NCBI GenBank assembly: GCA_002269645.1
Contig: NIVC01004570.1
Location: 1 to 32,429, forward strand
Direction: 5' to 3'
Origin: Macrostomum lignano
Lineage: Eukaryota
DNA length: 32,429 nt
Of this stretch, positions 24,097 to 32,429 are shown one piece after another. Below the pieces are notes generated by a model. The model did not search any database, was not told where the DNA came from, and saw only the letters and a list, made by a program, of their open reading frames with translations. The translations under genes and the position numbers were made by a program. The first letter of the stretch is position 1. Every line of letters starts with the position of its first letter.

Positions 24097-24377
24097 TGAG
24101 CAATTAGCACCCCCCCCTAATTGCGCACCTGGCCATTTGAGCAATTAGCACCCCCCTAATTGCGCACCTGGCCATTTGAGCAATTAGCACCCCCCCTAAT
24201 TGCGCACCTGGCCATTTGAGCAATTAGCACCCCCCTAATTGCGCACCTGGCCATTTGAGCAATTAGCACCTCTAATTGCGCACCTGGCCATATAGGCAAT
24301 TAACACCTTCTCCTAATTGAGCAACCAGGCCATTTGAGCAATTAGCACCTCTTATTGACTACCTGGTCATCTGAGCA
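24097..24377. repeat. About 39-bp tandem repeat, about 7 units, each with an internal inverted repeat
   Basis: gagcaattagca-(C6-8)-taattgcgcacctggccattt. The last three units are increasingly degenerate. Confidence 0.93.
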
Positions 24378-25228
24378 CTTGAATTTTCCGTTATAATCGG
24401 TAGTTAACGATAAAAGCAACTAAATTCCATCGAGTACTTGTTTTTCAGCTTTTTAAATGCCACCTGTTTTCTAGAGCTACTAGAGTGGTAACTTTTCGCG
24501 ATCTATTTTAGCAACTGATGATTAATTTTACATCAATTAACTTTCAAAAACAAATAAAGTACTCTAGGTCACTCTGCACCTTTGTTTTTACTTGTAAGGG
24601 ATTTAAGTTAAATTTAGAGGTGCGATAGACCATTGAACATATCTTCAACAACTTTCCACGCCTCCCACAATTTCCCATGCTTTTTCACACCTCTTCTACA
24701 ATTTCCCACAATCTTCCACAATTACCCACACCTTTTCACACAATTGCATTCGATCTACTTGAATGATACATGTAGTTCTGACAGTTCTTGAGTCCACTTC
24801 TAGGCTGATAAGGAAAAACAAGCAGTACTTGAAGATCCACACTGTCTGTTTTGAAGCCTTACTTTAAACTGTGTGTTTTTATCAGCTGTACTTGACTTCG
24901 TGACTTTGTTTTTCATTGAACATGATTTTATCTTATTTAACTGAAAAATTGTTTTTCTTACTAGACTGCCTTTTCAGAACAACGCCTAAAATTAATTGTA
25001 AATGATAAACAAAGTTAGCCGCGCACTTTGCCTGCAAAGTGCTTGCAAACTTTCTTATCAGTTTTTTTATTTTTGAAACAATATAAATTTTATGTAGCGT
25101 TTACAATTGAATTATTTGTCTGATTAATTCCTTTTCTTTCTCTGAATTGAATAGTTGTTCGTTGTTTTTATTTTAATTCTCTTGATTACAGCAATGTACG
25201 AGCGTAGTTATCTTTGATTCGGCATCTA

Positions 25229-26357
25229 ATCTGGGAGGCTGGCCCTGCAGCTGAGGATCTAGGAGGCTGGCCCTGCAACTGAGGATCTGGGAGGCTGGCC
25301 CAGCAACTGACACTCTGGGAGGCTGGCCCAGCAACTGACACTCTGGGAGGCTGGCCCTGCAACTGAGAATCTGGGGGGCTGGCCCAGCAACTGACACTCT
25401 GGGAGGCTGGCCCTGCAACTGAGAATCTGGAGGGCTGGCCCAGCAACTGACACTCTGGGAGGCTGGCCCAGCAACTGACACTCTGGGAGGCTGTCCCAGC
25501 AACTGAGGATCTGGGAGGCTGGCCCTGCAACTGAGAATCTGGGAGGCTGGCCCAGCAACTGAGAATCTGGGAGGCTGGCCCAGCAACTGAGGATCTGGGA
25601 GGCTGTCCCAGCAGCTGAGGATCTGGGAGGCTGGCCCAGCAACTGACACTCTGGGAGGCTGGTCCAGCACCTGAGGATCTGGGAGACTGGCCCAGCTAAA
25701 CTGACACTCTGGGAGGCTGGCCCAGCAACTGAGGATCTGGGAGGCTGGCCCAACAACTGACACTCTGGGAGGCTGGCCAGCAACTGAGGATCTGGGAGGC
25801 TGGCCCAGCAACTGACACTCTGGGAGGCTGGCCCAGCAACTGACACTCTGGGAGGCTGGCCCAGCAACTGACACTCTGGGAGGCTGGCCCAGCAACTGAC
25901 ACTCTGGGAGGCTGGCCCAGCAACTGACACTCTGGGAGGCTGGCCCAGCAACTGACACTCTGGGAGGCTGGCCCAGCAACTGAGGATCTGGGAGGCTGGC
26001 CCAGCAACTGACACTCTGGGAGGCTGGCCCAGCAACTGACACTCTGGGAGGCTGGCCCAGCAACTGACACTCTGGGAGGCTGGCCCAGCAACTGACACTC
26101 TGGGAGGCTGGCCCAGCAACTGAGGATCTGGGAGGCTGTCCCAGCAACTGAAGATCTGGGAGGCTGGCCCAGCAACTGAGAATCTGGGAGGCTGGCCCAG
26201 CAACTGACACTCTGGGAGGCTGGCCCAGCAACTGAGGATCTGGGAGGCTGGCCCAGCAACTGAGAATCTGGGAGGCTGGCCCAGCAACTGACACTCTGGG
26301 AGGCTGGCCCAGCAACTGAGGATCTGGGAGGCTGGCCCAGCAATTGAGGATCTGGGA
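25229..26357 (-). repeat. 28-bp minisatellite array 2, about 40 units, inverted relative to array 1
   Basis: Unit tctgggaggctggcccagcaactg+(acac/agga/agaa), the reverse complement of 23034-23350. All long ORFs here are repeat artefacts. Confidence 0.98.
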
Positions 26358-26383
26358 TTCATGCGAGTGAATGCAGTGCATCG

Positions 26384-26612
26384 TTAAGATTCGTTTAGTT
26401 CACTTGAATCCGCTGCTTCTACCGCACCCGCCGCCGCCGCCTTTAAAGTTTCCAAGAGCCATGTTAAACCCGTAGTTGCAGACACCACCGCCGCTCCCTG
26501 AGACGGCGCTGCAAGAGGCACTTCTTGGGGACGGATGCGGTGCTGATCTGACCGTCGGCGAGGCTGAGACACCAACTGTTGAAAAGCTGGAATGGCGTCG
26601 GGGCGTGCATGA
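26384..26612 (-). CDS. Small membrane-protein gene, exon 2 (HARPDAIPAFQQL...SSELNES*)
   Basis: Acceptor ttacctgctag; the phase-2 start joins exon 1 in frame; stop at 26384-26386. Confidence 0.55.
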
Positions 26613-26614
26613 CT

Positions 26615-26890
26615 AGCAGGTAACATCCGGGATGTCTGAGCAGCACGTGGAGTGTCTGAGAAACCTTTGGGTGCTAGGTAACATCTGGGGTGTCTGAGTA
26701 GCCTGTTGGGTATCTGAGTAGCAGCTGGGGTGTATGAGTAGCAGCTGGGGTGTCTGAGTAGCAGCTGGGGTGCCTGAGTAGCATATGGGGTGTCTGAGTA
26801 GCATATGGGGTGTCTGAGTAGCATCTGGGGTGTCTGAGTAGCATGTGGGGTGTCTGCAGTAGCATGTTAGGTGTCTTTGTAGCGTCTGGG
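26615..26890. repeat. 20-bp minisatellite, about 13 units, intronic
   Basis: Unit gagtagca(g/t)ctggggtgtct. Confidence 0.93.
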
Positions 26891-26927
26891 TTGTCTTCAA
26901 AAGCGTGGCTGAAATCGATGTGCTCAC

Positions 26928-27292
26928 CCCACCGCGTGATCCCCAGCAGGCGGCAAAGCGACCGTGGAGCTGGATCGAAGCCTACTGCGGGATCGCTGAT
27001 TTCTCGTCCGATGAGGCTGCCTCGTGGTGCTCGCTCGAAGACGCTTCTTTTGCTGCTGTTGTTGCTGTTGTGGCTTCTCTGACTGATGGCTTATTGCACG
27101 AATTGTAGGTTGATCTTGGTCTCGACCGCAAACTGCCACGAGGCCGCTGAGCAGGCAGCCGGTCCGGTTGGCCAACAGTCTCCGGGAACGTCGCTTCCGA
27201 TGCAGGTGGCACAGGAAGGACGCCAACAGGCAGGCGAATAAAGTCGCCCCCAGTGCAGCGTGGAGCAGCCACGCAGGATAGTAATAAATCAT
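26928..27292 (-). CDS. Small membrane-protein gene, exon 1 (N-terminal hydrophobic helix, RKRRSRR, poly-Q); about 197 aa in total
   Basis: ORF 26924..27292 with donor gg|GTGAGC at 26927. 365 nt plus 229 nt splice in frame. WLLHAALGATLFACLLASFLC is followed by a basic stop-transfer cluster. Confidence 0.55.
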
Positions 27293-27517
27293 TTCTGTTC
27301 GTCGCTCAGTTTGGTTTTTCTGCTTTTTCTATTGATTTTAAATCATTTGCCTAAATCTTGAGAAACCCCGTTCGGTCACGAAGCTTTGAATTCAAAGCTG
27401 ATGGAGGCAGAGACCGTCGCGCGCCCCGAATTAGTTTTCGTTTGCCACGAATTGCACTTTGGTAGATTTCATGAGCGTGAAATTCGGAGAGTCAGTTTTC
27501 AGCTTTGCATTAGCTAG

Positions 27518-28073
27518 AAGGTGACAGGGAATGGTGGAGACAACGTCATGCTAGGGATTGTGATTGATGGAGAAGAACTGGAAGATCAGAATCCGAATTG
27601 GCGTCGCAACCAGCTCAATGATAGGGCTGGATGAACTTTGGCGGCGGTCACATTGGCGACGCTGCAGCTCTATGGGTGCGAGTGTCTGAGGAAGAAAAGT
27701 ATGAAGAGACTCTCAAAGAGTTTGAAATGAACCGTTACAGATGAATGCTACGGATTTCATGGAAAAAGAAAAAACAAATGCCTGCAGGTTTAGAGAAAAC
27801 TTAAGGATGTATCAGGAAAGGAACCAGAATCTGTGGAGGAGATCATCAAGTGGAGAAATGTCTAATATTACGAACATCAGACGAGGAAGGCAGCCATGAC
27901 AAATGTCTTTATTCAAGGAGAAATAGAAGTGAAAGAAGAACAAGAAGACCGAAAAGACAGAGTTGGAAGAAAAGCTGAAGAAATGGACCGGATGGACAAT
28001 CGAGAGGTTAAGAGGAGCAGCGAAGGACAGGCAGTGGTGACGGAAGGTGGTGCATGAATGGCTACGGCACTGA
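27518..28073 (+). mobile_element. Decayed RTE-clade non-LTR retrotransposon, 3' part of the ORF
   Basis: Frame-broken motifs in the expected order: IDGEELE, IRIRIGVA, LYGCE, FEM..YR*MLRISWK..KTN, IQGEIE, KKWTG.....LRGAAKDRQW. These are typical of the post-RT region of RTE elements. Confidence 0.8.
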
Positions 28074-28134
28074 GTAGCATCGGTGGTGTCAGATTAGCAT
28101 CTGGGGTGTCTGAGTAGCATCCGGGGTGCTACTC
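28071..28134. repeat. Three degenerate copies of the 20-bp unit seen at 26615-26890
   Basis: tgagtagcatcggtggtgtc / agattagcatctggggtgtc / tgagtagcatccggggtg. Confidence 0.75.
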
Positions 28135-28147
28135 GTGCTACTTTCTG

Positions 28148-28350
28148 TGAAAGGCCCATCTGCTGATCTCCTGCCCTGCCCTCACTCCACACCGCTGCCG
28201 CCTCTGGGGGCCAAGCCCGGAGCCCGCGGCAGTTTTCGAGAACTGCGTCGCGGTGCTGAACTTCCTCGGGAAGGCGGGCGCCGTCTGACGCCCGGTGCCA
28301 TGGGCCTTGGACCGAGCGCGCCCGAATGGAAGAAGAATAAGAAGAAGAAG
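28148..28350 (+). mobile_element. 5'-truncated LINE 3' end: end of the C-terminal zinc knuckle, short 3'UTR and (AAG)n tail
   Basis: AHLLISCPALTPHRCRLW...VLNFLGKAG* resembles the H-x4-C...R...FL C-terminus of I/R1/Tad1-type ORF2. It is followed by gaagaagaataagaagaagaag. Confidence 0.6.
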
Positions 28351-28579
28351 GTAGCTAGATAGAGATACAACTTCAGGTTTGTTACATACAATATATTTAA
28401 ACGTGACTTTCTCGACACGCTTTTCGACACGAGATTGGGAAGCGTTACCACAGAGTTACCAATCCCTAACGAGTTAAATACGATACAGATAATAACTATC
28501 TGTACTGATTCTTAAAATTTACGGTTCTCAGTGCACGCTTCTACGTGAGTAGATAGGAATTACGCTTGCTCAAAGCATC

Positions 28580-29043
28580 TCAGCCGCACTTGAGCATCAT
28601 CAGCGTTCTCTTCACTGGCCGATACGATGAACGATGCAGAACTGATGCATAAAATTTGCTATCAGCACTACTATTAGTAATATTCCTGTCAGTGAGATAG
28701 GCTCCGTTGAGATTCATGTGGTGGCAGGATTCGTACCACCAGCCTCCGTAGCCGTGCTGATGCGAGCAGGACGTGCCAGCCTGTCTATCGTGCTTGCGGT
28801 CGTACGTGCTGAACTGCATCTCGTTGTGCACTCTGGCCCAGCTGGTCAGATCCGAGTCTGGCACGGCATTTCCCACCTTCAATCGATAGTTCTGCTTAGG
28901 ATCCAGCACCTGGAACATTCGGTACTCTCCCATGTAGGTCTCGCCATTGAAGTCCTCAATCTCGATGCGCAGTCGACATCTGGAGGTCCGCGGCGAGTCA
29001 CGATTGGCACTGGTGACTGTCGTCTTAAATAACTGGTCCAGGC
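28580..29043 (-). CDS. Fibrinogen-related domain (FReD) protein, last exon
   Basis: GLDQLF...LRIEIEDFNG...GEY..FQV...YRL...FSTYD...C...GGWWYESC..NLNG is the canonical FReD C-terminal half. Acceptor atttcag in phase 1 matches the YWMG donor at 32115. Confidence 0.93.
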
Positions 29044-29128
29044 CTGAAATTACACCAGATAATCAATGATTTCCCTGGAATGCATTATCTTTGTCCGTGT
29101 GCTAATTCTAAATGAGGATTACTTAAGT

Positions 29129-29338
29129 AAGCCAAGCCCGAAAGCACGGAGAGTACACATGCCTGAAGATTGGAAGGTAGGGCCGCTGTACACCTGTGTG
29201 AGTGTGTGCCTGCATACGTATCCGCGCGCTTGTGTGCTTGCTCAGGGGAGTCGGCGGAATGGGCAGTGATGCCTCATGCCGGTTGTATGACAATGTCGCT
29301 TAAAGTGCGCCAGAGTGCACAAAGACCCCTGCTTGTAA
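29129..29338 (+). mobile_element. 5'-truncated copy of the SINE at 30528-30890
   Basis: Aligns to 30670-30883 (catgcct..gat...tagggccgctgtacac...gtcgcttaaagtgcgccag...cccctgc). Confidence 0.85.
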
Positions 29339-29346
29339 CTCTAACT

Positions 29347-29896
29347 CAAAGGTGGGCAAACTTTTTTTACCTCAAGGGCCGGATCAAGAATCCAGGTCAT
29401 GGCTACGGGCCAGATGAGAGAGGAAAGGAAAGGGAATCGAAGAGATAAGAAACAAGACATGATGAGAAAAGAAGGGAGCTGAGAAGAGAGAGGGGAGAGA
29501 GGAGAGAGGAGAGAGGAGAGAAGAGAGAGGGGAGAGGAGAGAGGAGAGAGGAAAGAGAGGAGAGAGGAGAGAGGGGTGAGAGGAGAGAGGAGAGAGGAAA
29601 GAGAGGAGAGAGGAAAGAGAGGAGAGAGGATAGAAAGGAGAGGGAGAGAAGGGAGAGAGAAGAGAGCGGAGAGAGGGGGAGAAGAGAGAGCGGAGTGGGG
29701 GAGAGGGGATACGTCGTAGGAGAGAGGAGAAAGGGGATAGTAGAGAGGGGAGAGGGGATATGAAAGCTGAGAAGAGACACAAACCATGAGCGGGCCAGAT
29801 TACTACGAGTATTGTGAAGTTTCAAAGGACCCGAGGGCTGGATGGAAAGGCTTCGCGGGCCTCATGTGGCCCTTGGGCCGGAGTTGCCGACCCCTG
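29347..29896. mobile_element. hAT-superfamily non-autonomous element (MITE) with 8-bp TSD
   Basis: TIRs caaaggtgggcaaact and agttgccgacccctg, subterminal gggcc motifs, and a perfect TSD ctctaact at 29339-29346 and 29897-29904. Confidence 0.9.
29475..29760. repeat. Polypurine (GA-rich, agagg-like) low-complexity tract inside the hAT MITE
   Basis: Almost entirely A and G. It gives rise to the S/L/P-rich antisense ORFs. Confidence 0.92.
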
Positions 29897-30293
29897 CTCT
29901 AACTTAATAGTCATCATCAACTTTAAACTAAATTAAAGTTTCTTCGTCTTATTTTTGCACGTTTAAGACAACGTTAGGTTTCTCTGTGAAAGCATCACGA
30001 TTTAGTATCGATGTTGTAAAGTCACGCTAGCAATTGCTGGATTTTTTTGTAAACAAGTTTTTCGAAACTTCTACCATCAGCTTGCTTTATTTGTTTATAT
30101 TTTCACGATTTACCCTGGAATGAAAGTCACGCGGCGGATTGGCATCTCGTGTCTTTCTCTGACCCGGGCAAGAGATCGCGCCATACACTGTATGCTGCAT
30201 TGAATTCTGTTGTCAAGGTCGGGTCAACTCGTATTGAATGAATAAATATTGTATAGGAGGGCTGAGGGTAACGCTAAAGCATCCTGAGGCTGA

Positions 30294-30449
30294 GGCAATT
30301 CTGCCCATTCCACTCATTCCTGAGCACATACAAGCGCGCCAATACTGTACGCAAGCACAGCACTCATACACACGCTCACACAGGGTGTACAGCGGCCCTT
30401 TGACTTTCTAATCGTCAGGCATGTGCTCTCTCTGTGCCTTGGGGTGGCC
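30294..30449 (-). mobile_element. Internal fragment of the same SINE family, inverted
   Basis: Reverse complement gccaccccaaggcacag...catgcctgacgat...aagggccgctgtacaccctgtgtgag...ggaatgggcag matches the SINE body. Confidence 0.8.
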
Positions 30450-30527
30450 CTCCTGGGTGCGAATCGCACAACCCACCACCGGTCAATTTTCGTGCACACA
30501 AACAACAAAAATGTATGCGTTTGCGCA

Positions 30528-30890
30528 TAGGGGGGGGGGGCGTAGCCCAGCGGTAGCGCAGGCTCTGGTGTGCCAGCGACCCAGGCTCGATTCCAAGTGC
30601 AGTCACATTAATTTGGGGCTGAATTGGAATCTCGGCTTGGCTCTGCTCGTGCAATTAACGGCCTTGAGAGCCAACCCCCAAGGCGCAGTGAAGTGTACAT
30701 GCCTAACGATAAAATAAAGTTAGGGCCGCTGTACACTCCTGTGTGAGTGTGTGCCTGCGTACGTATCCGCGCGCTAGTGTGCCTGCTCAGGGGAGTCGGC
30801 GGAATGGGCAGTAATGCCTCTCGCCGATTGTGTGTTGATGTCGCTTAAAGTGCGCCAGGGTGCACACAACCCCCTGCCTCTAATAAAAAA
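30528..30890 (+). mobile_element. Full-length tRNA-derived SINE with 13-bp TSD
   Basis: Box A tagcccagcgg (30543-30553), box B ggctcgattcc (30584-30594), A-rich tail taataaaaaa, and a perfect TSD atgcgtttgcgca at 30515-30527 and 30891-30903. Confidence 0.9.
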
Positions 30891-31167
30891 ATGCGTTTGC
30901 GCACCGAATCGAAACACAGGGGCTCAATTTCATAAATCCACCTACTAGAGCTTCAGGTATCCGGAAATATCATTAGAGTCACCCACCTGTGTATAGCAAA
31001 TGATAGTCTTAATGAAATATGGTTAGTTTTGTCAGCTCTTCTCAGACCGATAAAAATCACTGGTCACTGGTCACTGGTAGTGTCACCAGTCACCAAACCT
31101 TTATGCAATCCTGCCCAGGGCTGAGAGTCGGGTCGGGCGCATTTTTAAACTGTCCAGCTGGTCGGCC

Positions 31168-32093
31168 CACAGACACTAGAATAACTGGATGGGCCGCTCA
31201 GCACATTTGCGTGTAAGCTACTTTCAGTTCAGTAGTAAGTTGAACAGAAGCATTTTATTTTTTTAACAGTAGAAAGACAATGGAGGTGTATTTTAAATAC
31301 ACACATTTTTCCTTTGTCTGTATCTCCAAAAATATTCAACCAATTGCCATGAAAATCCTGAACACGGGCTAAAATTTTCCGCTCTATTTGATGAAGCAAC
31401 TTCGAGAATCACAAAAAATTGGCATCGTCGAGATATTCAGCGATTCTCCTCGGGTGTCTGGTGGCAAAACCACCAACATTGGCCAAATTTTTCTGCTCAC
31501 AAAACCTCATCATGAAACCAGGTCGGCTCAACAAACTATGCATATCAGTCGCAGGGACTTTTGCTCTCAGCATCCCAGGCACCAGGGTCACCTTCATCAC
31601 CGTCTGGAGCATCGGCGGCGACCGTCGGGACCTTCAACAAAAGCACCCGATCGGTATCTCACAGACGGCTGCGTTCCCAAAACTGAAATGGAAGAATCCT
31701 CTTCTGCATGCAGCATTCAGTCAGTAGACACAATCGGTGAATGAAATGGACGATGGCAACCCTCTAGGCTGAACTGTAGACATACAGGCGACCTTCGGGA
31801 CCTTCAACGGAGTGCCACCACGCGGCCCCGATGAGCTGACACCGCCAACATCGTGATTTTTCTATCAAGGCACCAAACCAGGCATGTCTGCATATTATAT
31901 TCAATGGTCCTGCACCATGTTCAGCATTCAGCTCTGTCTGGACGACCTTCGGGACCTTCAACGGAGTGTCACCACGCGGCCCTGACAAGCAGGCACCCCC
32001 TGCTTTGTGTTTTTGAGTTTTTTTAAGTAGAAAGCAATTTTACAAAGTCTATGTCACTGATGAATGACCCATCTAGCTATTTGAGTATCTGTG
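31168..32093. mobile_element. TIR element family copy 2, about 925 bp, opposite orientation to 16785-17222
   Basis: 31172-31250 matches the reverse complement of 17140-17222, and 32027-32093 matches the reverse complement of 16785-16850. Termini are cacagac/t. Confidence 0.7.
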
Positions 32094-32115
32094 GTCTGGC
32101 CTTACAAGAGCTCAC

Positions 32116-32429
32116 CCATCCAGTAGTTGGAGCCGGGCGAACCGAACCCGTTCACGTAGGCGTCCCAGTCCTGCGCAAACGACAGGCTGTCATCAACGCG
32201 TCGTTGGAAGACCACCCACTGGCCCCGGGTCGCACGCGATGGACGGCAGATTGACCGTGCGAAGATTTTTATAACGAACAATTTTATTATCAATTTGTGC
32301 GCTGAAGCTGAACTGGATGGAGCGCCACACAGTTTCCGGGTTGCTGGCCACAGATTCTTTCAACTGCTGGCACCGGTAGAATGTCGGACAGATGAAGACC
32401 AGAGCCGCTAGTTGCGGTTGAAATGCCGG
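32116..32429 (-). CDS. FReD protein, upstream exon running off the window, with an apparent 1-nt frameshift
   Basis: ...SIACDPG / QWVVFQRRVDDSLSFAQDWDAYVNGFGSPGSNYWMG is the canonical FReD N-terminal half. Donor g|GTGAGC at 32115. The frame changes in the C4 run at 32223-32226. Confidence 0.85.

Noticed and set aside
24650-24745. Degenerate 10-bp tcccacaatt-like repeats
   Set aside because: They are short and low in complexity, with no further structure.
25173-26381. ORFs of 402, 367 and 215 aa
   Set aside because: They are artefacts of the 28-bp minisatellite (28-aa periodicity equals three units).
26615-26890. Similarity of the 20-mer (ctgagtagc) to the 118-mer (ctgagagtagc)
   Set aside because: Only a 7-nt exact match with no extension, so it is too weak to claim.
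30541-30600. Functional tRNA gene
   Set aside because: It has no proper acceptor or anticodon stems, an imperfect B box, no poly-T terminator, and it sits within a TSD-flanked SINE.
31388-31744. ORFs inside the TIR element as a transposase
   Set aside because: They are short, overlap in several frames and show no DDE or zinc-finger motif.
31619-31982. Spaced repeats as a CRISPR array
   Set aside because: There are only two and a half repeats, spacers exceed 110 bp, there are no cas genes, and the site is a eukaryotic intron.

Overview
This is eukaryotic (invertebrate animal) genomic DNA, not prokaryotic. The repeat-rich style resembles free-living flatworm assemblies such as Macrostomum, which is inference only. 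Bases 1-12722 are a near-perfect tandem array of a 118-bp unit (about 108 copies). The rest holds four spliced genes reconstructed by eye from GT-AG sites and phase matching: an unidentified multi-exon gene (+, about 13870-17992), a FAM151/menorin-family gene with an extra C-terminal exon (+, about 21268-24048), a small predicted membrane protein gene (-, 27292-26384), and the 3' part of a fibrinogen-related-domain gene (-, beyond 32429 to 28580). Five predicted introns each carry a different minisatellite (19, 30, 26, 28 and 20 bp). The 28-bp family recurs inverted 1.9 kb away. Mobile elements are a tRNA-derived SINE with a 13-bp TSD plus two partial copies, a hAT-type MITE with an 8-bp TSD, two members of a second TIR family, a decayed RTE LINE fragment and the 3' end of another LINE. 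Most long ORFs in the track are artefacts of tandem repeats. I found no clear new enzymatic system; the most unusual signals concern repeat architecture.
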